From Obrimoposthia wandeli (lineage: Eukaryota): a DNA stretch of 64,000 nt. The notes below the pieces were generated by a model, which had not been told where the DNA came from, searched no databases, and was given only the letters and a program-made list of their open reading frames with translations. Position 1 is the first letter of the stretch; each line of letters begins with the position of its first letter. This document shows, piece by piece, positions 43,233 through 53,232 of the stretch. Made by a program: the position numbers and the translations under genes. The stretch spans positions 248,001 through 312,000 of the forward strand of contig CDROCS010000253.1 in the NCBI GenBank assembly GCA_977020255.1, given 5' to 3'.

Positions 43233-44075
43233 ATGATTGCCATTACCCTAGATAATTTTCAACACGTTGTTGTTGAAGAATCAAAAAAAAAGTTAGTACT
43301 CGTTAGCTTTTGGGCCGAACAAGTACCCGAGAGTGTAGAGTTACGAGATAAACTAGCCGCTAAGCTGTCAAACTTAAGTAGTCATATAACGTTGGCTACT
43401 GTTGACTGTCAAAGCCAAGGACAAATTGCAGAACAATTTGGCATTAAAGGCTTACCAACCGCTATATTACTAAAAGATGCCCAGCCTCTTGATGGTATTT
43501 CTGGGCCACAAGATGATGCGAGCATTGCTGAGTTTTTAAATAAGCACTTACCAAAACCTGAAGATATCTTACTAGAGCAAGCAAAATCTGCCTTGGGAGA
43601 TAACCTATTAGTTGAAGCTCAAAGTGCTATAACACAGGCCTATCAAGTTGATAATAGTCGTGCAGACATTAAGTTAGTATTAATTGATGTTTACTTGCAA
43701 ACAGGTAAAACCAGTGAGGCGAAAGCATTATTAGAGACCATAATGCTGGTTGATCACGATAGCGAATATTACGCATTGATAGCTAAGGTCGAATTAGCTG
43801 AGCAGGCGGAAAACTCCCCTGAAATTAAAGCGTTAGAAACACAATTAAAAGCAACGCCTGATGATATCAGCCTCAGTCAGCAACTTGCTGCTCAGTACAG
43901 CCAAGTTAACCGCCAAGAAGATGCCCTCATGATATTATTTCGTTTAGTACAAGCGGGTGATGAGAGTACAAAAGATAGAAGCAAAGAATTATTTCTCGAT
44001 GTCTTAAAAGCATTACCTGATGGCGATCCTCTCGCAGCAAAGTTTCGTAGAAAACTTTACACCTTAATGTACTAA
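43233..44075 (+). CDS. cnoX: Thioredoxin-like/TPR chaperedoxin (YbbN/CnoX)
   Basis: Trx-like N-domain without CxxC, TPR C-domain, terminal FRRKLYTLMY. Confidence 0.85.
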   Translation: MIAITLDNFQHVVVEESKKKLVLVSFWAEQVPESVELRDKLAAKLSNLSSHITLATVDCQSQGQIAEQFGIKGLPTAILLKDAQPLDGISGPQDDASIAEFLNKHLPKPEDILLEQAKSALGDNLLVEAQSAITQAYQVDNSRADIKLVLIDVYLQTGKTSEAKALLETIMLVDHDSEYYALIAKVELAEQAENSPEIKALETQLKATPDDISLSQQLAAQYSQVNRQEDALMILFRLVQAGDESTKDRSKELFLDVLKALPDGDPLAAKFRRKLYTLMY

Positions 44076-44140
44076 AACCTTAATGTAGTAGACCGTTAAA
44101 GTACTAAATCACTGACATATAATTATTGTGTTATCGATAT

Positions 44141-44176
44141 AAAAAAGCCCGTTTCATCAATGAATCGGGCTTTTTT
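44141..44176. terminator. Bidirectional intrinsic terminator between cnoX and zapE
   Basis: AAAAAAGCCCG...CGGGCTTTTTT. Confidence 0.85.
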
Positions 44177-44202
44177 AGTTACTTTCAATTATAAGCTAAC
44201 GC

Positions 44203-45318
44203 TTATGGGAGATGTTCACTGGCAAGATAGTCGTGAGATTGCATCTCTTGTAAACGACTTAAACAACGCTTAAATTCAAAGGCTAAACGACCACCACTAT
44301 ACAAATCATCTAAGGGCAGCTCTGCCGACATAATTAACTTTACATTACGTTCATAAAACTCATCAACCAAAGCAATAAATCGGCGAGTAGTGTCATCGCT
44401 ATCAGGCCCCATTTCTTTAACATTAGCCATTAAAACTGTGTGATAAAGTTGGCTGATTTCCATGTAATCACCTTGACTACGTGCACTTTCACAAAGTACC
44501 GAGAAGTCAAAGTACACCACACCATCACTCACTAAAATAGTTTCTAATGGGCGATTATGGATCTCAATAGATTGTCCTGCTTTGCCCTCATCTGCCGAGA
44601 GTTGCTTAAAATAATGCTTTAAATTTTCATCCGCTTGAGCATCAAGCGGATAATGAAATATTTCTGCCTGTTCTAAGGTTCTTAAACGATAATCAACACC
44701 ACTATCAACATTAACAATGAGGGTATGCTTATTTATAAGTTTTATAGCTGGTAAAAAGCGCTCACGTTGTAAACCATTACGATATAACTCATCTGGGATA
44801 ATATTAGATGTAGCGACTAATGTGACATTATGAGCAAATAATTCTTCGAATAATGTACCTAAAATCATAGCATCGGTAATATCAGAGACAAAAAACTCAT
44901 CAAAACAGATGATTTGTGTTTCATCTGCGAATTTCTTAGCAATGATTTTCAGCGGATCCGACTGCCCTGACAGGCTTTTCAGTTCTTGATGAACTCTGTG
45001 CATAAAACGATGAAAGTGCACACGCATTTTATTTTTGAAAGGTAAGCTGTCATAAAAAGTATCAACTAGATAAGTTTTCCCTCGACCTACACCCCCCCAA
45101 AAATACAAGCCTTGAATAGGTTGTATCTCTTGTTTTTTATAAACTTTTTTCCATCGGTTAAGTACTTTTTTAAAGCCAGAAACAGCTAATGGCTTGCTTT
45201 GTAAATCGTCATATAAACGTTGCAGGTGAATAACCGCATTTTCTTGTGCTGCATCAAAGAGAAAATCATCTCTGGTTAAATCTTGCTTATACTTATCAAT
45301 AGGAGAGAGCTTTATCAT
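44203..45318 (-). CDS. zapE: Cell division ATPase ZapE (AFG1 family)
   Basis: GGVGRGKT, CFDEF, TSN, RFIALVDEFYE, RLQEMQS. Confidence 0.94.
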   Translation of the reverse strand: MIKLSPIDKYKQDLTRDDFLFDAAQENAVIHLQRLYDDLQSKPLAVSGFKKVLNRWKKVYKKQEIQPIQGLYFWGGVGRGKTYLVDTFYDSLPFKNKMRVHFHRFMHRVHQELKSLSGQSDPLKIIAKKFADETQIICFDEFFVSDITDAMILGTLFEELFAHNVTLVATSNIIPDELYRNGLQRERFLPAIKLINKHTLIVNVDSGVDYRLRTLEQAEIFHYPLDAQADENLKHYFKQLSADEGKAGQSIEIHNRPLETILVSDGVVYFDFSVLCESARSQGDYMEISQLYHTVLMANVKEMGPDSDDTTRRFIALVDEFYERNVKLIMSAELPLDDLYSGGRLAFEFKRCLSRLQEMQSHDYLASEHLP

Positions 45319-45446
45319 TGAGAACCTATGTTAATTTTAATCAATTATTAATGCGTAAAAATACACTTTTTGCCACGATATTTTTACTAAGTAAATTGTT
45401 TTGATGATAGTATAATCTATCTCGGCAACATATTTAATTTCTAATT

Positions 45447-45606
45447 ATACCATTTGGATTAATTAAGGTTACAAAATTCAATGAGAATACATTTTCAAGA
45501 ACAAGGCGCCTGATTGAGCAATAGCTGGCTATTGGGATTGAAAGCAACGACGTTATTGGATATTTAGGCCATTTGAAAACGATCACTTAATTAGTGTAAT
45601 TGGTAT
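45447..45606. repeat. About 160-bp MITE-like element (family 2) between divergent zapE and zapG
   Basis: ATACCA...TTGGTAT ends; the reverse complement aligns with 13137-13295, including CGTTGCTTTCA.TCCCAATAGCCAGCTATT and GCGCCTTG.TCTTGAA. Confidence 0.8.
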
Positions 45607-45626
45607 TACAATGTAAGGTACACCCT

Positions 45627-46076
45627 ATGAATGTAGTAATCGCTCTAGTCATTTTTATCATCGGCGGCATTGGTGGTTTTTTCGCAACTCGCCTTCTTTC
45701 TAGTACAGGCAAAGAGCAACGTAAATTAGCAGACCAAGTCAACAAAAGTGAAGCCGCATTAGATCAATACAAGCTTGATGTTGCCGACCATTTAGAAAGT
45801 TCGGCCAAGTTACTCGATCAAATGAATAGCACTTGTCAAACAGCCATGAAGCAAATGCAAGAAAGTACTCAGCTACTGCAAAAAGCAACCACAGTTGAAG
45901 CTGAAGGCATGCCATTTTTCTCTGCTGAAACTCAGCAACAACTTGCACAAACAGCGACGTTACGTCACCAAAAACGTGAGGCAGCTGAAGCAATGACTGA
46001 AGCACCGCTCGATTATTCTGGTAACCCAAGTGGTTTATTTGCTGACCAGAAACAAAAAGTTACAACTACAGTGTAA
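45627..46076 (+). CDS. zapG: YhcB/ZapG family membrane-anchored protein
   Basis: N-terminal TM plus coiled coil, C-terminal PLDYS motif, zapE/degQ synteny. Start set at ATG 45627 because the track start lies inside the MITE end. Confidence 0.85.
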   Translation: MNVVIALVIFIIGGIGGFFATRLLSSTGKEQRKLADQVNKSEAALDQYKLDVADHLESSAKLLDQMNSTCQTAMKQMQESTQLLQKATTVEAEGMPFFSAETQQQLAQTATLRHQKREAAEAMTEAPLDYSGNPSGLFADQKQKVTTTV

Positions 46077-46470
46077 TTTGATACATGATTTACTGAACTA
46101 AAGCCTTTTAGTTCAGTCTATTTAGGAGTATTTACTAGGGTCTGTTGATCTTTCGAGATTATTTTTTGCAGCTATTTGTTGGGTATTTATACAAGATAGA
46201 GCCGTTGTCATGTGATTGTTCCACATCAAAAGGCTATAACGCCGTAAAAATGACCAACAAACGCTGTCCGAAGGATTCGGCTAAAAACGTTTTACTCTTT
46301 GTTCAATAATATTTGCTTAGAGTGACTAGGCTACACACTACTCGCCGCGATTAAGACGCTTTTATCTCGAACAAAATTTAACCGCGAAAGGTCAACAGAC
46401 CCTTAAGTTAACTGAACTGCAGTTAATTTTTTTTATTGGTATAACAATAAATCCCGGAGAACTCTTAAAT

Positions 46471-47862
46471 ATGAAAAAGCCATTTACACTATCTACATCA
46501 TCAAAATCGTCTAAATTATCTATTGTCATCAGTACTGCATTATTATCCTCTACCTTAGCACTTATTAGCGCCCCTGCATTAGCAAGTTTACCTGCCCAAG
46601 TCGATGGACATGTAATGCCTAGCCTAGCTCCTATGCTTGAACATGCTACCCCTGCGGTGGTTAGTATATCCGTAATAGGTACCCATAAAGTGCCACAACA
46701 AAATGTACCCGATGCCTTCAAGTTTTTCTTTGGTAATAAAGAAAAAAATCAAAATCAACAACGACCATTTCGTGGGTTAGGCTCAGGTGTCATTATTGAT
46801 AGCGATGAAGGTTATATTGTTACTAACAACCATGTCATAGTAAATGCTGACAAAATTATGATCACCTTAAAAGATGGTCGTCAATTAGAAGCGAAAAAAA
46901 TAGGTAGCGATGCAAAAAGTGATATTGCCTTATTACAGATTGATTCTGACAACTTAAGTGAAATCAAATTAGCCGATTCCGATAATTTGCGTGTTGGGGA
47001 TTTTACCGTAGCTATTGGTAGTCCGTTTGGCCTAGGACAAACCGTCACCTCTGGCATTGTTAGTGCGCTTGGGCGTAGCAATCTAAATATAGAACATTAT
47101 GAGGACTTTATTCAAACCGATGCCGCCATAAACAGTGGTAATTCCGGTGGTGCTTTAGTTAACTTACGTGGTGAATTAATTGGTATTAACACGGCGATAT
47201 TAGGACCTGGTGGCGGTAATGTCGGTATTGGTTTTGCTATCCCAAGTAATATGATGCATAACCTAATTACGCAAATTATTGAATTTGGTGAAGTACAACG
47301 CGGTATTCTTGGTGTATCTGGACGTAGTGTTAACAGCGAAATTGCCAAAGCAATGGAGCTAGAAACCAGTCAAGGTGGCTTTATTGAACAAGTTATGCCT
47401 GACTCTGCTGCCGACGAAGCGGGAATTAAAGCGGGTGACGTGATTATTGCGGTAAATGGCAAAGCCATTAAGAGCTTCTTTGAACTACGCGCTAAAATAG
47501 GTTCAATTGGCGCGAATAAAAAGGTTAAGTTAACGGTAATAAGAGATGGTGACAATAAAGATTTTACCGTTAAGTTAAAGCAAGATCAAAGTGCCGATAT
47601 TACTGCGGCAAGTATTCACGGTATGTTAGATGGTGCTCAATTAGATAATGACACCAAGAAACAGGCAATTATCATAAAACAAGTTGCCGACGGATCCCCA
47701 GCTCAAATGGCAGGATTTAAAGCAGGTGATATTATCACTGGCGTTAATCGTAGCCGTATCAAAGATATTGCTCAGTTACGTGATTACCTCAAAGATAAAA
47801 GTGGTGTGTTAGCGTTAAACATTGTTCGGGATAATCATTCGCAGTACATAATGATCCGTTAA
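46471..47862 (+). CDS. degQ: Periplasmic serine endoprotease DegQ (Do family)
   Basis: Signal peptide, TNNHV / SDIAL / GNSGG triad, two PDZ domains. Confidence 0.92.
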   Translation: MKKPFTLSTSSKSSKLSIVISTALLSSTLALISAPALASLPAQVDGHVMPSLAPMLEHATPAVVSISVIGTHKVPQQNVPDAFKFFFGNKEKNQNQQRPFRGLGSGVIIDSDEGYIVTNNHVIVNADKIMITLKDGRQLEAKKIGSDAKSDIALLQIDSDNLSEIKLADSDNLRVGDFTVAIGSPFGLGQTVTSGIVSALGRSNLNIEHYEDFIQTDAAINSGNSGGALVNLRGELIGINTAILGPGGGNVGIGFAIPSNMMHNLITQIIEFGEVQRGILGVSGRSVNSEIAKAMELETSQGGFIEQVMPDSAADEAGIKAGDVIIAVNGKAIKSFFELRAKIGSIGANKKVKLTVIRDGDNKDFTVKLKQDQSADITAASIHGMLDGAQLDNDTKKQAIIIKQVADGSPAQMAGFKAGDIITGVNRSRIKDIAQLRDYLKDKSGVLALNIVRDNHSQYIMIR

Positions 47863-47902
47863 TACTATTAAAGATATTTAGTAAATAATACCGAAAGCTG
47901 AT

Positions 47903-48166
47903 TATACCCATTACCATTCAAAGTGTAGGATTTCAGTGGGAATTAAAGTGACTTTAGCCAAGGATAATAATTTAAGCATAGTCATTCTATCGTTTGATTA
48001 TTTAACGCCGTATAAAGTCATTTTAAACCCATCGTAGAAGGTTGTGAACCATCTCATTTTATTGTTGCAGCAATCAAATAGGGAATAACCATTATTTAAT
48101 CGCTGCGCCTAAAACTGAAATGGCTCACAAACTCTGAAACATGCATCTTGATTGGTAACGGGTATA
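47903..48166. repeat. 264-bp ERIC-like MITE (family 1) between degQ and degS
   Basis: TATACCCATTACCATTCAAAG...TTTCAG / CTGAAACATGCATCTTGATTGGTAACGGGTATA terminal inverted repeats, TA at both ends. Confidence 0.8.
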
Positions 48167-48260
48167 TACTGAGCTGAGCTATTCAATAGCGGATGCCAAT
48201 GTAATCAGCTTTTTTTATGTTACACTGAAAATATTGGTACAACATAAAATAAGATAACCT

Positions 48261-49331
48261 TTGAAACTCTTCTCTTCAATCAAATATACAATTACAGCAA
48301 TAAGTTACGGTGTACTCATCGCTGTAGTATTATTACTCTTTATGCCTGGTTTAGTTCCTGGCTTAAACGAAACCAGTTTAGCAACAAGCTTTTTTAAAGG
48401 CAGCCAAGCACAACAAGCACCACTTTCATTTGCCAAAGCAGTTAGCATCGCTAGTCCTGCGGTTGTTAATATTTATTCTCAACAAATTGAAGTGAATCCA
48501 CAGTATGGTCGAAAAGCACGTAAAAGCACTCGTTTAGGCTCAGGGGTGATCATGGACACCCATGGTTATATTTTGACTAACTTACACGTTATTCGCCAAG
48601 CAGACCTTATTCAGGTACTACGACAAGATGGTCAGATATATCCGGCTGAATTGATTGGTTTTGATCATTATACTGACTTAGCGGTTCTCAAAGTAAATGC
48701 TAATAACCTACCAGTAATCCCACAAAAAGAGCAACAAACATCACTAGTTGGCGATATTGTTCTGGCGATTGGTAACCCACTAAATTTAGGGCAAACAGTG
48801 ACCCAAGGTATTATTAGTGCAACGGGACGTAATGGTTTGAGTAATACTAGCTATTTAGAGTTTTTACAAATGGATGCTGCCATTAATGAAGGTAATTCAG
48901 GCGGAGCACTTATTAATAGTAATGGTATTTTAGTCGGTATCAACTCAAGAAAATTTACCCAGTCAGATCCGCAACTATCGATTCAAGGAATTTTCTTTGC
49001 CGTACCTTATCAATTAGCTTACAAGGTAATGCGTCAAATAATTGCCAATGGCAAGGTTGTACGTGGCTGGTTAGGTATTGCCACTAACCGTTACCATAAC
49101 GAGCTAAAAGGTTTTGTTATTGAAGAAGTAATGGAGAATAGTCCAGCAAAAGCTGCCGGAATACAAGTAGGTGACGTGGTGTATCAGATAGATAATGAGG
49201 CCATCAAAAGTGTTGCAGGTGCCTTAGATATTATTGCGGAAACGCAGCCAAATACCGAGCTAACCTTCAAGATTTATCGACAAGGCAATACCATAGAGGC
49301 TAAGGTAAAAATCATTGAATTAAGAAACTAA
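48261..49331 (+). CDS. degS: Serine endoprotease DegS
   Basis: N-terminal TM, TNLHV / TDLAV / GNSGG, single PDZ; follows degQ. Confidence 0.92.
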   Translation: MKLFSSIKYTITAISYGVLIAVVLLLFMPGLVPGLNETSLATSFFKGSQAQQAPLSFAKAVSIASPAVVNIYSQQIEVNPQYGRKARKSTRLGSGVIMDTHGYILTNLHVIRQADLIQVLRQDGQIYPAELIGFDHYTDLAVLKVNANNLPVIPQKEQQTSLVGDIVLAIGNPLNLGQTVTQGIISATGRNGLSNTSYLEFLQMDAAINEGNSGGALINSNGILVGINSRKFTQSDPQLSIQGIFFAVPYQLAYKVMRQIIANGKVVRGWLGIATNRYHNELKGFVIEEVMENSPAKAAGIQVGDVVYQIDNEAIKSVAGALDIIAETQPNTELTFKIYRQGNTIEAKVKIIELRN

Positions 49332-49368
49332 TTTTAGTGGCAGTAATCAACCTAGTTACAAATAAAAT

Positions 49369-49405
49369 AAAAAAGGCAGATGGTATAAATACCGTCTGCC
49401 TTTTT
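49369..49405. terminator. Bidirectional terminator between degS and dsbA
   Basis: AAAAAAGGCAGATGGTAT / ATACCGTCTGCCTTTTT. Confidence 0.85.
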
Positions 49406-49488
49406 ATTAACTAATTTTGATTAACTGACTTTTATTAACTGATAGTAGTACTAACTAAGTATCATCAACTAAGCGCTATCGATAGTGC

Positions 49489-50133
49489 TTATGAATCTAA
49501 TTCAAGTAAGTATTTTACTAAGTTCTGATAGTCTTGCTCAAAATTGTTACGGTCTAATTTAGTGGCGTCAATTTTATATTTACCATTAACAATAATCGTT
49601 GGTACACTTGTTAATACACGCTTTGCACTCATGGTATCTTGATGCTTTTTAATTGATTTTGCTTGTGAGTTCACACTAAAGCTTTTCATTAACTTATCAA
49701 ATTTATCACCATCAGCACCATTTAAAACAAAGATATTTCTTAAGTCTTTTTCTGAAGTAATTACAGCCTTTTGCACATGAATATAGTTAAAGACGGCACC
49801 AATCAACTTATCTGAATCAGCTAAATGCTCAGCAACAACGGTGGCTTTAGTGATCATTTGTTGAATCTTAGGGCTAGCTCCACGAAGAAAATCTACATGG
49901 TTACGTTCAAATGAAGCATCCTCAGGTAAGCTCTTCTTAAGACTATGCATGATAGGCTCAAATTTAAAACAGTGACCACAATATACTGAGAAATATTCTC
50001 TCACTTCTTTTTTCTTAGTTACCGTTTCATTCACTTTAGTGTATTGCTCCCCCTCGGTGTATTGTGCAGCTGTCGCGTTTACCGATAAAGCTAATAACGG
50101 TATTAACAAAAGAGTTTTCAGTAATTTATTCAT
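49489..50133 (-). CDS. dsbA: Thiol:disulfide interchange protein DsbA
   Basis: Signal peptide, EYFSVYCGHC, VPTIIVNGKY; follows srkA. Confidence 0.9.
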   Translation of the reverse strand: MNKLLKTLLLIPLLALSVNATAAQYTEGEQYTKVNETVTKKKEVREYFSVYCGHCFKFEPIMHSLKKSLPEDASFERNHVDFLRGASPKIQQMITKATVVAEHLADSDKLIGAVFNYIHVQKAVITSEKDLRNIFVLNGADGDKFDKLMKSFSVNSQAKSIKKHQDTMSAKRVLTSVPTIIVNGKYKIDATKLDRNNFEQDYQNLVKYLLELDS

Positions 50134-50217
50134 TCTTATTTCCTAAAGTAAAATTGCCCAATTAAAGTAAGCAATAATAAGTAGCTTATATTAGTTACTT
50201 ATTATTAGTAATTAAGG

Positions 50218-51204
50218 CTAAAAATTATTCAAACTTAACGGTGGTTGTTGCAATGCTGACATTTGCTCTTTAAGCATCAGTATTTGCTGCTCCCAATACT
50301 TCTCAGTATTAAACCAAGGAAAGTTTTGTGGGAAAGCCGGATCATGCCAACGTTTACATAACCATGCCATGTAATTAACAACGCGCATAGTTCTTAGTGA
50401 TTCTATCAAAAGAAGCTGGTCATTTTCAAACGTAAAGAACTCCTCATAGCCCATTAATAGTGTATCAAGTTGTAACAACTGCTGTTGCCTATCCCCTGAT
50501 AACATCATCCAAAGGTCTTGAATAGCAGGGCCTGTTCGACAATCATCTAGGTCAACAAAGTGAGGTCCTTCATCTCGCCATAAAATATTACCTGCGTGAC
50601 AATCACCATGTAAGCGAATTTTCTGCATGTGCTGTGCAGGTAAATATTGCTCCGCAGCAACCTTAATGACTTGGTCCAAAATAGTAAAAAAGGCTGTCGT
50701 TAAGCTTTTGGGGACATAATTTGAAGCAATGATAGTTTCACGTGCTTGAAACAGTAGTTCATCGCTATTGAAACTTGGTCTCTGTATGAAGTCATTTTGC
50801 GATGAAACAGCATGAATACGCGCAATAAAGCGCCCCATCCATTCTAGCTGGTTAAGGTTATCAACCTCAAAAATACGGCCACCTCGACAAGGAAACACAG
50901 CAAAATGATAACCTTTGTGCTCAAATAAGCTTTGTCCGTTTATTTTAAGTGGCGCAACAATGGGTAACTCTTGCTCCTCCAACTCAAAAGAAAAGTCATG
51001 TTCTTCGTTTATTTGCGCAAGCTGCCAACGCTGTGGTCGGTAAAACTTGGTCACATATTTAACTAAATTATCATCATGAAATTGATAGACACGGTTCTCA
51101 TAGCTATTAAGTGCTAATAAACCACTATCAACATTGAAACCGGCACTCTCTAAGCCATCAATAATTAAATCTGGTGACAAGGCACTGAAATCAAATGATG
51201 CCAT
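50218..51204 (-). CDS. srkA: Stress response kinase SrkA (RdoA/YihE)
   Basis: LNSYENRVY, KFYRPQRW, RLHGDCHAGN, VDLDD, WFNTEKYW. Confidence 0.95.
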   Translation of the reverse strand: MASFDFSALSPDLIIDGLESAGFNVDSGLLALNSYENRVYQFHDDNLVKYVTKFYRPQRWQLAQINEEHDFSFELEEQELPIVAPLKINGQSLFEHKGYHFAVFPCRGGRIFEVDNLNQLEWMGRFIARIHAVSSQNDFIQRPSFNSDELLFQARETIIASNYVPKSLTTAFFTILDQVIKVAAEQYLPAQHMQKIRLHGDCHAGNILWRDEGPHFVDLDDCRTGPAIQDLWMMLSGDRQQQLLQLDTLLMGYEEFFTFENDQLLLIESLRTMRVVNYMAWLCKRWHDPAFPQNFPWFNTEKYWEQQILMLKEQMSALQQPPLSLNNF

Positions 51205-52667
51205 TAGCGTTTATTAAAAAATCGGCTTTCTTGCTCGATTCTCGCATCACTTTCTGGTGAAACTTGTTCAACAATAAAGGTAATATTACTCATGTACTTT
51301 TCCAATTCATAAGGGTCAACCGAAATACTGATAGGCAGTGTGTAAACTGTCGCAGCCTCAACTATTACTTCTTGCTTACCATGCCACTGGGTATTCTCAA
51401 TACCTTTCACAGAAAGTTTATAAGTATTATCTGTTTGTGACATATTGAGAATCTTTAAGGTATAAACATTTTCAATTTCGCCATTAAATTTTTCTCTTGC
51501 TAACTCAGTGCGGTCACGAATGATATCTAAAGATAGCGGTACACGATTAACTATTTCAAGTAGTAACATAGTGCTCATAATAACAAGCAACACGGCATAA
51601 CCAATAAGCTTAGACCGTACTAGGTGAACTTTTTTACCTTGCAGTTCATGTTCGGTAGTATAACGAATCAGACCTTGCGGATAATTCATTTTACTCATAA
51701 CGCCCGAACAAGCATCAACACAAGAGCCACAGTTGATACATTCATATTGCAAGCCATTACGAATATCTATACCGGTAGGACAAACTTCAACACATAAATT
51801 ACAGTCGATACAATCCCCTAACCCCATCGCTTTATGATCTTGTTTACGACCACGAGCGCCGCGTCCCTCACCACGTTCATTATCGTAGGCAACCGTTAGG
51901 GTGTCTTTATCAAACATAGCTGACTGAAAACGCGCATAGGGGCACATATGCAAACATACCGTTTCTCGCATCCATCCTGCATTACCATAAGTAGCAAAGG
52001 TGAAAAAAGCTAAAATACCCGCCATCATCGCACTGGTATCTAGCGTGAAAACATCGACGAATAAATCCTGCATCGGTGAAAAATAACCGGCGAAGGTCAT
52101 CGCTGTAAATAAGGAGAATAATAACCAGGCACTATGCTTTAAGGTTTTTCGTATGACCTTCTTACCATTTAATTTTTGGCCATCTAGCTTCCTGCGTTGA
52201 TTAGCCGTACCTTCGATTTTTTCTTCGAACCAAATAAAAATAAAAGTCCACACAGTTTGTGGGCACATATAGCCACACCAAACTCGCCCTAAGAAAGTGG
52301 TAACAAAAAAGAGTAGAAAAGCACCTAGAATAAAAAACCACGCCAGCAACGTTAGATCTTGTGGCCAGAGTGTTAGGTTAAATATGGTAAATCGCTGTTC
52401 GCTGATGTCGAACAATATAGCTTGATGGCCATTAAACTGGAGCCAAGGAAGCATTAAAAAGAAAGCAAAATAAACCAAGTTCATACGCTGTCTTAGCTTT
52501 TGGAAAAACCCAGAGACTTTACGCACGTAAATTTGGTCACCTGGCTTATAGCGTTCTTTACCAGTATTTTTACTGCCATGAATTTTGACATTTTTGATTG
52601 GGATATGCTGCTCTACCACAGGCTTATTGGTCTTAGGCGTAGAGGATGATTGGTCGTTTGCTCTCAC
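51204..52667 (-). CDS. ccoG: Cytochrome c oxidase accessory protein CcoG (FixG)
   Basis: GRVWCGYMCPQT, CLHMCPYARFQ, CIDCNLCVEVCPTGIDIR, CINCGSCVDAC. Confidence 0.94.
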   Translation of the reverse strand: MRANDQSSSTPKTNKPVVEQHIPIKNVKIHGSKNTGKERYKPGDQIYVRKVSGFFQKLRQRMNLVYFAFFLMLPWLQFNGHQAILFDISEQRFTIFNLTLWPQDLTLLAWFFILGAFLLFFVTTFLGRVWCGYMCPQTVWTFIFIWFEEKIEGTANQRRKLDGQKLNGKKVIRKTLKHSAWLLFSLFTAMTFAGYFSPMQDLFVDVFTLDTSAMMAGILAFFTFATYGNAGWMRETVCLHMCPYARFQSAMFDKDTLTVAYDNERGEGRGARGRKQDHKAMGLGDCIDCNLCVEVCPTGIDIRNGLQYECINCGSCVDACSGVMSKMNYPQGLIRYTTEHELQGKKVHLVRSKLIGYAVLLVIMSTMLLLEIVNRVPLSLDIIRDRTELAREKFNGEIENVYTLKILNMSQTDNTYKLSVKGIENTQWHGKQEVIVEAATVYTLPISISVDPYELEKYMSNITFIVEQVSPESDARIEQESRFFNKR

Positions 52668-52842
52668 GATAAATCCTTGTTAAGCGAAATTATGACTAAA
52701 AAAATAATGACTAACAGGCAACTAGCTAGTATCAAAAAGAGGAATGATTTTATTAACAAAAGCCGACAATAGCTAATAATTTATACCTTAAACAGCCTAA
52801 TTAATATAAAATCATTTCTTATCATTTATTATATGGCATCTT

Positions 52843-53199
52843 ATGAAGCATTTATTGATCTTAATCGTGGCTGTATCACTCTATTTACATTTCTATCCAA
52901 ACGAGAAAGTAACTGAGTTTTATAATGAACAGAAACAAGTTTTGCTTGATGGTTTCAGTGAATTTAGTGATACCAAGGTACGTTTAAAGGCCGATAAGAT
53001 TTATTTAGATTTAGAAAGTGACCTAGCAAGTTTTTCAGAGAAAGAAGTTGCCCGTTTAAAAGAAATAACCTCTTCAAGAGATAACGTTAAGGCATTTTAC
53101 TTAACCGTCTGTAAAAATGATATGAGAGACATTGATTTTCATCTCACCAATGAAAAGAAAGTATGCTCAACCATAAGCCCCTATGTAAATATGCTTTAA
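52843..53199 (+). CDS. Hypothetical membrane-anchored protein
   Basis: 118-aa ORF with a hydrophobic N-terminus and two C-terminal Cys; no recognised family. Confidence 0.6.
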   Translation: MKHLLILIVAVSLYLHFYPNEKVTEFYNEQKQVLLDGFSEFSDTKVRLKADKIYLDLESDLASFSEKEVARLKEITSSRDNVKAFYLTVCKNDMRDIDFHLTNEKKVCSTISPYVNML

Positions 53200-53232
53200 C
53201 CCTCCGGTTAAAGCATATCTTTAATACCAAAG

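Noticed and set aside
46092-46120. Sigma-E-like promoter GAACTA-N16-TCTAT upstream of degQ
   Set aside because: It coincides with an 11-bp hairpin right after the zapG stop that is equally explained as a terminator; cannot be decided from sequence
46210-46226. CRP-like site TGTGA...CCACA upstream of degQ
   Set aside because: The spacer is 5 bp rather than 6, with a mismatch
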